Source of the DNA: an uncultured Bdellovibrionales bacterium
GTDB lineage: Bacteria; Patescibacteriota; Minisyncoccia; Moranbacterales; UBA1568
DNA length: 58,266 nt
NCBI GenBank assembly: GCA_964500505.1
Contig: CAZCNN010000004.1
Span: forward strand, 1-58,266
Reading direction: 5' to 3'
In this document: positions 44,299-53,674 of the stretch, piece by piece
Layout: the number at the start of each line of letters is the position of its first letter
Numbering within the stretch: position 1 is the first letter of the stretch
Notes under the pieces: model-generated
What the model saw: the letters and a program-made list of their open reading frames with translations, nothing else
Told to the model about the DNA's origin: nothing
Database searches by the model: none
Translations under genes and position numbers: made by a program

Positions 44299-45861
44299 TT
44301 ACTTCTTCCTTTGCTGAGGTGGGAGTGGCTCGGAGAATGACGAGTCTTCTGGGGTCAGGTCGGTTGGTGTATCAGGGAGAGCAAAAGCCTCAGCGAGATC
44401 GGTACCAATAACGAGGGCAAAGTCACTCTGGAAAGGCGTGGTCGGCGTAAAGGGGAGAGTGGCTTTCTCAGTAGGAGAGAAGCGTTTCAGGAGCTCATCT
44501 AGGCTAAAAGGCTTGGCCAAGGCACTCCCGCGACTCTCCTTTACTATGATACTCTCTTCAAAGTCAGTATTCAAGGCGGGGATGGTGGCGAGGGTGATCT
44601 CCGAAAAACCGAGTTCTTCCCGGAGGAGAGTAGCAATTTTTGCCGTGACCTCGCGATCCAGTGGCTTGGCGTAGAGAGTGAGAGTGGGCGCTTCAGATCT
44701 GATCGCTTGTTTACGCTTCTCGAGGTCGTCTCGGTCAAAGATGTTTCGGCTGACGTCGGTAATTTCGCTCCAGTTACCCACGCGGGGGACCAGGATAAAG
44801 GCCGAAACCGCGCCAACTTGTACGTGAGAGACACGGAGGAGACTGTCTTTCTTCCAGGCATCGATGACGGTGGTGCTAATGTTTTGGGTATCGAGTGATT
44901 TGGCCAGTTCAAAGAAACGAGTCATGTCCTCGGTCGGCATATCTGTCTTGATGCTGTCACCGAGGGTATCGACGAGACGATGGAGCGTGACAATGTTAAA
45001 GAGCGTCCCGAGCGAAAGAGTTTTATTCTTGATGGCCTGGATGACCTGCTGCTGGCGTTTGGCCCGGCCAAAATCTCCCTCGGGATCAGCATGACGCTCA
45101 CGGACGTACTTGAGGGCGGTGGCGCCGTCGAGTGTCTGCCAGCCGCGTTTGATCTCAAAGGTCTCGTAGCTATAGTTTTTACCGGGATAGCGGGTGTCAT
45201 ACATGTCACGCGGGACATCGACCGAGATGCCACCGAGGGTATCGACCACCTTTTCAAAGCCATCAAAGTCGAGGGTGAAGAAATAGTGGATAGGGAGACC
45301 AGTGATAGTGGTGATAGATTCTCGGAGTGGTTCGACACCCTCTTCATTTGAGAGTCCGTACTGGTAGACGGAATTGAGCTTGGTATAGAAGCCGCTCTGC
45401 CCGATGGGAACATAGAGATCGCGGGGGAGCGAGAGGAGAGCAACCCGTTTGTCCTTGAGATCAAGACTCATGATCATGACCGTATCGGTCAGATTCTTGC
45501 CGGGGTAGTGTTCGCCAGCGCGACCGAGGAGAAGGATATTGATGCGACCTCCCTCGGCGCCTTTGAGTGGGAGGGATTCATCCTGGAGGTAGGCACGTGA
45601 GAGGGCTTGGAGTGAAGTGACAAAGGATCGCGGTGACACCTGAGAGAACTGCATCCGCTCGCCTAAGGCGAGTCCCTGATAGAGGACAAAACCAACGCCA
45701 AAAAGGATGAGAGCACCTAGAATCATGAGAGCCGGCCAGAGTCGCCTGGTACGAGGCCGATGCCTCGGCGTTTGGACGGGAGGGAGACCACCTCCTCCGG
45801 TATCTGGGAGGACAAATGGCCGAGGTCCGCGGTCTTTCTGCGTGGTGCGGATGTCATCCAT
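44299..45861 (-). CDS. LytR-CpsA-Psr (LCP) family protein with a C-terminal LytR_C-like domain
   Basis: N-terminal TM, INILLLGRAGEHYPGKNLTDTVMIMSLDLKDKRVALLSLPRDLYV, YVRERHADPEGDFGRAKRQQQV. Confidence 0.9.
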   Translation of the reverse strand: MDDIRTTQKDRGPRPFVLPDTGGGGLPPVQTPRHRPRTRRLWPALMILGALILFGVGFVLYQGLALGERMQFSQVSPRSFVTSLQALSRAYLQDESLPLKGAEGGRINILLLGRAGEHYPGKNLTDTVMIMSLDLKDKRVALLSLPRDLYVPIGQSGFYTKLNSVYQYGLSNEEGVEPLRESITTITGLPIHYFFTLDFDGFEKVVDTLGGISVDVPRDMYDTRYPGKNYSYETFEIKRGWQTLDGATALKYVRERHADPEGDFGRAKRQQQVIQAIKNKTLSLGTLFNIVTLHRLVDTLGDSIKTDMPTEDMTRFFELAKSLDTQNISTTVIDAWKKDSLLRVSHVQVGAVSAFILVPRVGNWSEITDVSRNIFDRDDLEKRKQAIRSEAPTLTLYAKPLDREVTAKIATLLREELGFSEITLATIPALNTDFEESIIVKESRGSALAKPFSLDELLKRFSPTEKATLPFTPTTPFQSDFALVIGTDLAEAFALPDTPTDLTPEDSSFSEPLPPQQRKK

Positions 45862-45909
45862 AGAAAATCGAGAAATATGGCTCTAGTAAATGTAGGTAGT
45901 AGTGGGCTT

Positions 45910-46014
45910 GCCCCGTTAGAGCTCTATTTTTTCTTATGAGCGAATCGTTTTCGTCTAAAAAAGAAGGTGGGAAGCTTTTCAGAAAAAATGACCTATTCAA
46001 AGCTCTAACGGGGC
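45910..46014. repeat. 105-nt imperfect palindrome in the divergent LCP/lepB intergenic region
   Basis: GCCCCGTTAGAGCT (45910-45923) pairs with AGCTCTAACGGGGC (46001-46014). An inner pair is ATTTTTTCT (45926-45934) with AGAAAAAAT (45981-45989). Confidence 0.6.
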
Positions 46015-46078
46015 TTGCTCAAGGGGTCAAAATCTGTTACAATTGCATTGTTTTACCAAATTTTGAGCGCAGTTAGAT

Positions 46079-46711
46079 ATGGCCAACGAAAATCAAACAG
46101 AAAAAGAGCCGCTGGAACAGGAAGAAGAGCATTTGGGTCTCGGGGGTTTGTTTTCCGAGATGGTCCGGGTCTTTCTCTTGGCCGTAGTCATCATTATACC
46201 TGTTCGCGTTTTTTTGTTCCAGCCGTTTTTTGTCCAGGGTTCGAGCATGGAGCCTAATTTTGAAGACGGAGAGTATCTCATCATCAGTGAGTTTGGCTAC
46301 AAGCAGACCAAGGTAGGATGGGACGAGACCAGTTTTGAGGTCAAGCCGTTTAAAAAAATTGTCCGTCAGGATGTGGCGGTGTTCCGGTTTCCCAAGAATA
46401 CCGAAGAGTTTTTTATCAAGCGCATTATCGGACTCCCTGGTGAGGCCGTCGAGATTCGCCAGGGGAAAGTTGTGATCTACAACACCCAGTATCCAGATGG
46501 CTTTGTGCTCGATGAGAGTGCCTACATCGGCCCCGGCGTCTTGACTCAAGATATGCCACGGATGCAAATCGGGGAGGATCAGTACTTTGCCATGGGTGAC
46601 AATCGGATGTACAGCTATGATTCTCGAGCATTCGGACCATTTAACAAGGACAAGATTATCGGGCGGGTCATGCTCCGAGCGTGGCCAGTAGACCGATTCT
46701 CTATTTACTAA
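46079..46711 (+). CDS. lepB: Signal peptidase I
   Basis: VQGSSMEPNF (catalytic Ser), FIKRIIGLPGE (catalytic Lys box), GDNRMYSYDSR. Confidence 0.95.
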   Translation: MANENQTEKEPLEQEEEHLGLGGLFSEMVRVFLLAVVIIIPVRVFLFQPFFVQGSSMEPNFEDGEYLIISEFGYKQTKVGWDETSFEVKPFKKIVRQDVAVFRFPKNTEEFFIKRIIGLPGEAVEIRQGKVVIYNTQYPDGFVLDESAYIGPGVLTQDMPRMQIGEDQYFAMGDNRMYSYDSRAFGPFNKDKIIGRVMLRAWPVDRFSIY

Positions 46712-46745
46712 GCAACAGACTCTTAACCTTAACCTGTCTACGGGT

Positions 46746-48161
46746 ATGCCAGACAAGAAATCAGTCGGAGCCAAAGCAGCCAAGTCCACCAAGAAGGGGG
46801 TAACCAAGAAAGTCGCGACTCCCAAGTCGAAAGACGTCGCATCGAAGAAGGTGGGCCCCAAGGCTGAAGAAGAGATGCTCCTCCAGACACTCCGGGGTAT
46901 GCGTGACATCATGCCCGATGAACAGCCGTACTGGGAACGGGTACGCAAAGCGCTCTCAGCTGCGTCACAGGAGTATGGTTTTCAACGTATCGACTTGCCG
47001 ACCGTAGAGTTTGCCCACCTCTATCTCCGCACCATCGGTGAGGGGACTGATATCCTCGACAAAGAGATCTATCTTTTCAACACTCGTGGCGGTGATCGCG
47101 TCGCCCTCCGTCCGGAGATGACTGCCGGTCTCTGTCGCGCCTATATCGAGCATGGGATGGGTATCCTTCCCAAGCCGATCAAGCTCTTTACCATGGGCCC
47201 CGTCTTTCGCTATGACCGTCCGCAAGAGGGTCGCTATCGCGAGCACTGGCAGGCCAACTTTGATATCTTTGGGGAAAATGATCCAATCATCGATGCCCAG
47301 ACCATCCAGCTCGCCTATCGAGTCGTCGGTCAGCTCGGTCTCAAGAATATCGAATTCCAAGTAAACAGTATCGGGACGCCCGAGTCGCGGCGTGACTATG
47401 AGAAGGCCCTCGTCCGTTATCTCGAGGCCCAAAAGAGCAAGCTCTGCCAGAACTGTCGTGAACGACTCCTCTCAAACCCAATGCGCATCCTCGACTGCAA
47501 AGAGGACAAGTGTATCCAGCTCACGGCCCATGCTCCGCAGTCTATCGACTACCTCGATCAGGAATCGCGCGACCACTTCAAGCACCTCCTCGAGTATCTC
47601 GATGAGCTCGAGCTCCCGTACTCGATCAATACCCGTCTTGTCCGTGGTCTCGACTACTACACGAACACGGTCTTTGAAATCCGCTCGACCGACAAGGATG
47701 GCAAGAACTACTCACTCGGTGGCGGGGGCCGCTACAACCGGCTCATCGAAACGCTCGGTGGCGAACCGACACCAGTCATCGGTTTTGGTCTCGGACTCGA
47801 CCGGATTGTGCTTGAGATGAAGCGCACCCAGGTCAAACCCTACCAGGAGCCGAAGCCCCGTGTCTTCCTCGCTCAGCTCGGTGACATGGCCAAGAAGAAG
47901 AGTCTCCGTCTGTTTTCGGCGCTTGAGAAAAATGGTATTCTCATTGCAGAGAGCTTTGGCCGAGGCAGTCTCAAGTCGCAGATGCGCGTCGCCAACCGAC
48001 TCGGTGTCGAGGTGACGGTCATCATCGGCCAGAAGGAAGCGCTCGATGAGACCGCTATCGTCAAAGACATGGTCTCTGGGACTCAGGAAACGGTGACCCA
48101 AGAGAAGCTCGTCGATGCGGTAAAGAAGATACTCAAGACCAATGTCGCCCTCAATGTCTAA
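46746..48161 (+). CDS. hisS: Histidyl-tRNA synthetase with an about 45-aa Lys-rich N-terminal extension
   Basis: LRGMRDIMPDE, RPEMTAGLCRAY, FRYDRPQEGRYREHWQ, GGGGRYNRL, and a C-terminal anticodon domain. The extension reads KKSVGAKAAKSTKKGVTKKVATPKSKDVASKKVGPK. Confidence 0.95.
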   Translation: MPDKKSVGAKAAKSTKKGVTKKVATPKSKDVASKKVGPKAEEEMLLQTLRGMRDIMPDEQPYWERVRKALSAASQEYGFQRIDLPTVEFAHLYLRTIGEGTDILDKEIYLFNTRGGDRVALRPEMTAGLCRAYIEHGMGILPKPIKLFTMGPVFRYDRPQEGRYREHWQANFDIFGENDPIIDAQTIQLAYRVVGQLGLKNIEFQVNSIGTPESRRDYEKALVRYLEAQKSKLCQNCRERLLSNPMRILDCKEDKCIQLTAHAPQSIDYLDQESRDHFKHLLEYLDELELPYSINTRLVRGLDYYTNTVFEIRSTDKDGKNYSLGGGGRYNRLIETLGGEPTPVIGFGLGLDRIVLEMKRTQVKPYQEPKPRVFLAQLGDMAKKKSLRLFSALEKNGILIAESFGRGSLKSQMRVANRLGVEVTVIIGQKEALDETAIVKDMVSGTQETVTQEKLVDAVKKILKTNVALNV

Positions 48162-48172
48162 CCCTGTCAGTC

Positions 48173-48526
48173 ATGAGCGAGAAAAATGTTTTTGAGAAAA
48201 TTCGTGACCGAGAAATACCGACGGAGTTTCTCTACGAGGATGACGACATCATGGCCTTTTATGATATCGCTCCGATTGCTCCTGTTCATGTCCTCATCGT
48301 TCCGAAGAAGCGCATCGTGAGTATTGCCGATATGGCGGATGGTGACGAGATGATCGTAGGACAGATGTTCCGGGTGGCCCGGGATGTGGCTCGAGACTTG
48401 AATATTTCTGAAAAAGGGTATAAACTGCTATTCCGGGTAGGGAGGGATGGTGGGCAAGAAGTGCCCCATCTCCACCTCCATCTCCTCGGCGGGGCTCGTT
48501 TAAGCGAAAATATCCACCCGGTGTAA
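48173..48526 (+). CDS. HIT-family (HinT-like) nucleotide hydrolase
   Basis: FEKIRDREIP, DIAPIAPVHVLIVPK, histidine triad HLHLHLLGG. Confidence 0.92.
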   Translation: MSEKNVFEKIRDREIPTEFLYEDDDIMAFYDIAPIAPVHVLIVPKKRIVSIADMADGDEMIVGQMFRVARDVARDLNISEKGYKLLFRVGRDGGQEVPHLHLHLLGGARLSENIHPV

Positions 48527-48578
48527 AGATTGATCTTTCTTCCTCTGGGAAGAAAATGTTTGAAAGGAGGTCTTGTAT

Positions 48579-48827
48579 ATGATCCAAGTCAAAAGAAAAG
48601 AGCGAGAGACAGCCGAAAGCCTGATCCGTCGTTTTTCACGACGTGTCCAGCAGAGTGGTGTCTTGAAGCAGGTCCGGAAGCTCCGTTTCCGTGCTGAAGA
48701 GCCGAGCCGCGACAAGCGTCGTATCGGTGCGCTCTACAAAGTCAAGATTCGCAAAGAAATTACCCGACTCAAGAAGCTCGGTAAGTTCGACGACGAAGCA
48801 CTCCGTGATATTAAAAAAAGAATTTAG
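48579..48827 (+). CDS. rpsU: 30S ribosomal protein S21
   Basis: V.RKERETAESLIRRFSRRVQQSGVLKQVRKLRF...PSRDKRR. ATG 48579 preferred over TTG 48573. Confidence 0.85.
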   Translation: MIQVKRKERETAESLIRRFSRRVQQSGVLKQVRKLRFRAEEPSRDKRRIGALYKVKIRKEITRLKKLGKFDDEALRDIKKRI

Positions 48828-48931
48828 TATCAGAGTATCAATGGCTTCATGGTGACATAGCTGTAGGGCAGGACTGTTCGTCTGACTACAGCTATGAGAC
48901 AATACAGTCATTCATACATAATACTTTGGTT

Positions 48932-49384
48932 ATGGCTCTCTACACGCAGATTGGTGACGATCTCAAGAACGCGATGAAGTCCGGTGATGCGTTTCGGCGC
49001 GACACCCTGAGACTTCTCCAGAGTGCTGTCAAAAACGTGGCCATCGATAAGCGTCAGGCCCCAAACGAACTCGCGGATGCCGATGTCCTCGAGGTGATTA
49101 AGAAGTTGGTGAAACAACGAAAAGACAGCATCGCTCAGTACGAGGCTGGCAATCGTGAGGATTTGGCAGCCAAAGAACGAGATGAGCTCGCGCTCCTCTC
49201 TACGTATCTGCCGGCAGCTATGCCAGAGGCTGAACTCCGGTCGCTCGTAGAGTCAGCGCTCGCAGAGGTCGGTATTTCGACCAAGGACAAGATGGGGCAA
49301 GCCATGGGCGCCGTTATGAAGAAGGTGGCCGGACGCGCCCCTGGGGATGACGTCAAGCGCGTGGTCGAGTCGCTCCTCACCTAG
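48932..49384 (+). CDS. GatB/YqeY domain-containing protein
   Basis: I.DDLKNAMKSGD..RRDTLRLL.SA.KN, KQRKDSI..YE.GNREDLA.KE..E...L..YLP. Confidence 0.88.
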   Translation: MALYTQIGDDLKNAMKSGDAFRRDTLRLLQSAVKNVAIDKRQAPNELADADVLEVIKKLVKQRKDSIAQYEAGNREDLAAKERDELALLSTYLPAAMPEAELRSLVESALAEVGISTKDKMGQAMGAVMKKVAGRAPGDDVKRVVESLLT

Positions 49385-49389
49385 TTTCT

Positions 49390-49854
49390 ATGCGTCTTCA
49401 TCTGGAGTATGTTTCCGAAGTGGCCACGGTCCCAGCGTCATTGGATCAGGATTTTTTTGAACGCATTGCGACCGAGACGCTGAAGCGAGTACCACTCGAC
49501 AGTCTGAAAGACAAGGAGAGTATCACCCTTTCCGCTGTCCTCGTCTCACCCGAGCGCATCCAAGAGCTCAATCGGACGTATCGCGGTAAAGACAAGGTGA
49601 CGGACATTCTTTCGTTCGGAGACTATGCTGATATCGAGTCACTTCGGCGTGATGGAGCGAAGGAGATATTTCTCGGCGAGCTCTTTTTCTGCTACGATTT
49701 CATTAGCCAGTCAGCAACAGAGGATGAAGTGAGCGCCACGCATGAGATGATCTACGTCTTTTCTCATGGCATCCTCCATCTCCTCGGCTATGATCACAGT
49801 GACGAGATGTTTGCCATCCAAGACAGCGTCACCGCCACTTTGGTCCAAAAATAG
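49390..49854 (+). CDS. ybeY: rRNA maturation endoribonuclease YbeY
   Basis: YRGKDKVTDILSF and the zinc motif HGILHLLGYDH. Confidence 0.93.
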   Translation: MRLHLEYVSEVATVPASLDQDFFERIATETLKRVPLDSLKDKESITLSAVLVSPERIQELNRTYRGKDKVTDILSFGDYADIESLRRDGAKEIFLGELFFCYDFISQSATEDEVSATHEMIYVFSHGILHLLGYDHSDEMFAIQDSVTATLVQK

Positions 49855-49880
49855 AGTCACTCAAATAAAAAGAAAATAGT

Positions 49881-50234
49881 ATGAAGCGTTTTGCCCGTAG
49901 TGTCGCCCATGCTCTCAAAGGTCTCTTTTATACTTTTCGCAATGAGCGTAACTTTCAGGTCGAGCTCGCGGTGACCGGTGTCGTCCTCCTCCTTATGCTC
50001 TGGCTCCCGCTTACACCGACTGAGCGCATGATGCTCATCGTCGCTATCGTACTCGTCCTCGCGCTTGAGCTCGTGAATACGGCAGTGGAGCGTATCATGG
50101 ATATCTTGAAACCGCGGGTCCATCCGTATGCTCGCGTGGTCAAGGATGTGATGGCAGGATCAGTGTTTGTCGTATCGCTGGGAGCCCTACTCCTTGGAGT
50201 GATCATTTTTCTCCCGTATTTTTTTTTCCGCTAG
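49881..50234 (+). CDS. dgkA: Diacylglycerol/undecaprenol kinase (DgkA family)
   Basis: ERNFQVEL, three TM segments, LALELVNTAVERIMD (the ElxNSAIE-type motif). Confidence 0.88.
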   Translation: MKRFARSVAHALKGLFYTFRNERNFQVELAVTGVVLLLMLWLPLTPTERMMLIVAIVLVLALELVNTAVERIMDILKPRVHPYARVVKDVMAGSVFVVSLGALLLGVIIFLPYFFFR

Positions 50235-50371
50235 CATGACGACTCAGCGTCAGAAGGGGCCACGGCCTCTTTTCTTTTTTGCGAAACGCAGTTTTTTGGG
50301 GTATAATATGGCTCATGGAGCTCTACCTCTCATGTAGAGCTTGAACTTGTATTTTGGCTCATCAGATTTTT

Positions 50372-51631
50372 ATGGCGAAAGGTCACTATTCCGTCGGTCT
50401 CGATATCGGGTCCGCGACCATCAGGGCAGTCATTGCCCAAGAAATGCCGGACGAGGAGCCACTCCGTGTCATCGGTATCGGAACGGCTCCATCAGAGGGT
50501 ATTCGACGTGGGGCAGTGGTCAATGCTGAGGCCGTGGCCAAGTCCTGTAACGTCGCGCTCGAACAGGCCGAGCGAATGGCTGGGCACCCGGCGGAGAGCG
50601 TGGTGGCGAGTGTCTCGGGGACCGAGATCGCGTGCCAGACGGCGCTTGGGGTGATAGCGGTGGGACGTGCTGATGGCGAGGTGACCTATGACGATATGAC
50701 GCGGGTCCTCGAAGAAGTGGAGGCTCGACTCACTATGCCCCTGAATCGTGAGATTATTCACGTCATTCCAAAAGACTATCGCCTGGACGATCAGAAGAAT
50801 ATCAAGGATCCGCTCGGGATGCGCGGGGTCCGGCTCGAGATGAATGCGCTTGTCGTGAGCGATAGTACGGCACACCTCAAAAACATCGGGCGGAGTCTCG
50901 AACAAGCTGGGACCAATGCGGATAGCTTTGTGGTGGAGCCCCTGGCCTCCGCTGAAGCGGTCCTCCATGAAAAGCAGAAGGAGCTCGGGACCGTCCTCAT
51001 CAATATCGGTGGGAGTACCACGTCACTTGCGGTCTTTGAGGACGGCGATCTCCTCCACCTCGCGGTCCTCCCGGTGGGTGGGGCTCATGTGACGAACGAC
51101 ATTGCCATCGGACTCCGGACCTCGATCGAAGTGGCCGAGGCCGTCAAACTCCAGTATGGGACCGCTCTCCCTGATGAGGTCGGCAAGAAAGAAGAAATTG
51201 ATCTCGGGGTCATCGACTCTCAAGAAGAAGGATTGGTCTCGCGTCATCATGTGGCTGAGATCATCGAAGCGCGCCTCGAAGAAATATTTACGTTTATCAA
51301 TACCGAACTCAAAAACATTGGTCGTGAAGGACTCCTCCCCGGTGGGGCAGTACTCACCGGTGGTGGAGCGCTCCTCCCGGGTGTGGTGGATCTCGCCAAG
51401 CGTATCCTCCGACTCCCGGCGCAGATCGGATACCCCAAGCCTCTCGGTGGGATCCTTGATGAAGTGGACAATCCTCAGTTTGCGACCGTGATTGGTCTCC
51501 TTCTCTTGTCACAGCATACGGGTCATGACAAACGGACGTTTTCAACACACAAGCTCTTTGGATCGATGCCTGAGGGGATGCAGTCTGTTGTCGACAAGGT
51601 GAAGCATTGGTCACAGCGATTTCTCCCGTAG
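50372..51631 (+). CDS. ftsA: Cell division protein FtsA
   Basis: VGLDIGSATIRAVIA, actin-fold motifs (VLINIGGSTTSLAVF, GGAVLTGGGALLPG). Located directly upstream of ftsZ. ATG 50372 preferred over TTG 50354. Confidence 0.93.
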   Translation: MAKGHYSVGLDIGSATIRAVIAQEMPDEEPLRVIGIGTAPSEGIRRGAVVNAEAVAKSCNVALEQAERMAGHPAESVVASVSGTEIACQTALGVIAVGRADGEVTYDDMTRVLEEVEARLTMPLNREIIHVIPKDYRLDDQKNIKDPLGMRGVRLEMNALVVSDSTAHLKNIGRSLEQAGTNADSFVVEPLASAEAVLHEKQKELGTVLINIGGSTTSLAVFEDGDLLHLAVLPVGGAHVTNDIAIGLRTSIEVAEAVKLQYGTALPDEVGKKEEIDLGVIDSQEEGLVSRHHVAEIIEARLEEIFTFINTELKNIGREGLLPGGAVLTGGGALLPGVVDLAKRILRLPAQIGYPKPLGGILDEVDNPQFATVIGLLLLSQHTGHDKRTFSTHKLFGSMPEGMQSVVDKVKHWSQRFLP

Positions 51632-51829
51632 CAACCAAAACCAATATTAAAAAAAGTCTCAAAGAAAAGCCATTTTTCTGTTTTTTGGCTTATCTTGACA
51701 CTCATTCTTCCGCTGTGATAGAGTGAATTTTCAGATAATTTCCGCTCAAATGGGGCACTTGTGCCGGAGCAGGCGAGAGCGCTATACTAAGAGAACCTAA
51801 CGAATCATATTTCTAATCCACAGAGGTCT

Positions 51830-53068
51830 ATGGCAGAGATTAAACCCGACATCGAGACATTTGCAAAAATCAAAGTGGTAGGTGTTGGTGGTTCTGGGAA
51901 CAACGCTATCTCGAGGATGATTGATGCCAAGATCAAGGGTGTTGAGTTTGTGGCGATCAATACTGATGCTCAGGCGCTCCATCACTCCAAGGCTCAAGAA
52001 AAAGTCCACATCGGCAAGAACCTGACCAAGGGTCTCGGGGCTGGGATGAATCCAGAAATCGGTCGCCAGGCTGCCGAAGAAAACCGCGATGAAATCCAAG
52101 AGGTGCTCAAAGGTGCCGACATGGTGTTTGTTGCTTGTGGTCTCGGTGGTGGGACAGGATCTGGTGCTGCGCCTATTGTCGCTGAGACAGCCAAAGAGCT
52201 CGGAGCGCTCACCGTCGGTGTCGTGACCAAGCCGTTCGCGTTCGAAGGCTCACAGCGTCGCGCTATCGCCGAAGAAGCACTGGAGAATTTGAAGGATCGC
52301 GTCGATACGCTCATCACTATCCCAAACGACAAGCTCCTCTCGATCATCGATCGTCAGACTACCCTCGTGAACGCCTTCCGTATCGTGGATGATGTGCTCC
52401 GCCAGGGTGTCCAGGGTATCTCTGACCTCATCACCAAGCCGGGTATCGTGAACGTCGACTTTGCTGACGTCCGGGCCATCATGGAGGACAGCGGCAGCGC
52501 CCTCATGGGTATCGGTATCGCCTCGGGTGAGAACCGTGCCGTTGAGGCTGCCAAGGCTGCTATCAATAGTCCGCTCCTCGAGCTCTCGATCGATGGGGCC
52601 AAGGGCGTCCTCTTCAATATCTCGGGCTCAAGCGATCTCACCATGCTTGAAATCAATGAGGCTGCCAATATCATTACTGAAAACATCGATCCGAACGCCA
52701 AGGTTATCTTTGGTGCCGTCACTGACGATCAGATCCGTAAGGGTGAAATCCAGATCACTGTCGTTGCCACTGGTTTCGATATCCCTCGGACCAAGGAGAT
52801 GCCGGGTCTCATCAATCGGGCGCCGAGCATCGCCAGTCGCCAGCGCTCTGCCCAAATGGCTGTGGTAGAAGAAGCCGAAGAGAAGGACGAAGAAGAAATC
52901 CTCGAAGAAGCGATCACGTTCCCATCCCGCAAGATCGAACAGCCTGTCATGATTATCGACGAAAAGATCCAGCCTCGTGGCATGGCTCCTCGGAGTGAAT
53001 CCAAAGAACTGGTCGAGGAAGAAGACCTCGAAATCCCGGCCTTCATCCGCCGGAAGATGAAGAAATAG
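51830..53068 (+). CDS. ftsZ: Cell division protein FtsZ
   Basis: [13 protein letters not shown], tubulin signature [17 protein letters not shown], and a C-terminal [10 protein letters not shown] peptide. Confidence 0.98.
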   Translation: MAEIKPDIETFAKIKVVGVGGSGNNAISRMIDAKIKGVEFVAINTDAQALHHSKAQEKVHIGKNLTKGLGAGMNPEIGRQAAEENRDEIQEVLKGADMVFVACGLGGGTGSGAAPIVAETAKELGALTVGVVTKPFAFEGSQRRAIAEEALENLKDRVDTLITIPNDKLLSIIDRQTTLVNAFRIVDDVLRQGVQGISDLITKPGIVNVDFADVRAIMEDSGSALMGIGIASGENRAVEAAKAAINSPLLELSIDGAKGVLFNISGSSDLTMLEINEAANIITENIDPNAKVIFGAVTDDQIRKGEIQITVVATGFDIPRTKEMPGLINRAPSIASRQRSAQMAVVEEAEEKDEEEILEEAITFPSRKIEQPVMIIDEKIQPRGMAPRSESKELVEEEDLEIPAFIRRKMKK

Positions 53069-53082
53069 ACTTGATATCAAAA

Positions 53083-53110
53083 AACACTCCGAAGGAGTGT
53101 TTTTCTTTTC
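53083..53110 (+). terminator. ftsZ terminator
   Basis: AACACTCC-GAA-GGAGTGTT followed by TTTCTTTTC. Confidence 0.8.
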
Positions 53111-53121
53111 TCCCTCGATTC

Positions 53122-53164
53122 TGCTATGCTGGAGGCATCCTGCCTACCGGCAGGTAGGTATTTT
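53122..53164 (+). promoter_or_regulatory. TGCTATGCT -10-like box followed by overlapping palindromes CCTGCC-TACC-GGCAGG / CCTACC-GGCA-GGTAGG and a T-run, upstream of nrdR
   Basis: The 12-mer CCTACCGGCAGG (53143-53154) also occurs at 10503-10514, and as its reverse complement at 3168-3179. Confidence 0.4.
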
Positions 53165-53200
53165 AGGTTCGACATTCTAAATTCTACATTCTGAGATAAC

Positions 53201-53647
53201 ATGCTCTGCCCCTTCTGTAACCATCCTGATACTCGTGTTGTTGATTCCCGTGAGACCCAAGAGGGCCGGGCGATTCGGCGTCGGCGTGAATGCGAGAAGT
53301 GTGATGCTCGGTTCAGTACCTACGAAGAAGTCGAGATATTTCGGTTGCTCGTGGTGAAGAAAGACGGCCACAAAGAAGAGTACGACAAAACCAAGATTGA
53401 AAAGGGCCTCCGTCGGGCCTTTGAGAAGCGACCACTAGCCGAAGAAAAGATCGAAAAGATTTTGGGCGAGATTGAGTATGCCCTCCATGAGAAGCAGGTC
53501 TCGGAGATACCGAGTCGCGATATCGGTGCCCTTATCATGGACAAGCTGAAAGAAGTGGACGAAGTCGCCTATATCCGTTTTGCTTCGGTCTACAAATCAT
53601 TTGGCAGTGCCAAGAGTTTCCTCAAAGCACTCGAGAAGTTGAAATAA
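53201..53647 (+). CDS. nrdR: Transcriptional repressor NrdR
   Basis: Zn ribbon MLCPFCNHPDTRVVDSR...RRRECEKCDARF and an ATP-cone domain (V.KKDG..E.Y...KI..G...A). Confidence 0.95.
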   Translation: MLCPFCNHPDTRVVDSRETQEGRAIRRRRECEKCDARFSTYEEVEIFRLLVVKKDGHKEEYDKTKIEKGLRRAFEKRPLAEEKIEKILGEIEYALHEKQVSEIPSRDIGALIMDKLKEVDEVAYIRFASVYKSFGSAKSFLKALEKLK

Positions 53648-53674
53648 CAGATTGTCGAAGTAACACTCCAGAGT

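Noticed and set aside
46073-46948. 291-aa minus-strand ORF
   Set aside because: Antisense to lepB and the 5' end of hisS, both of which have unmistakable catalytic motifs.
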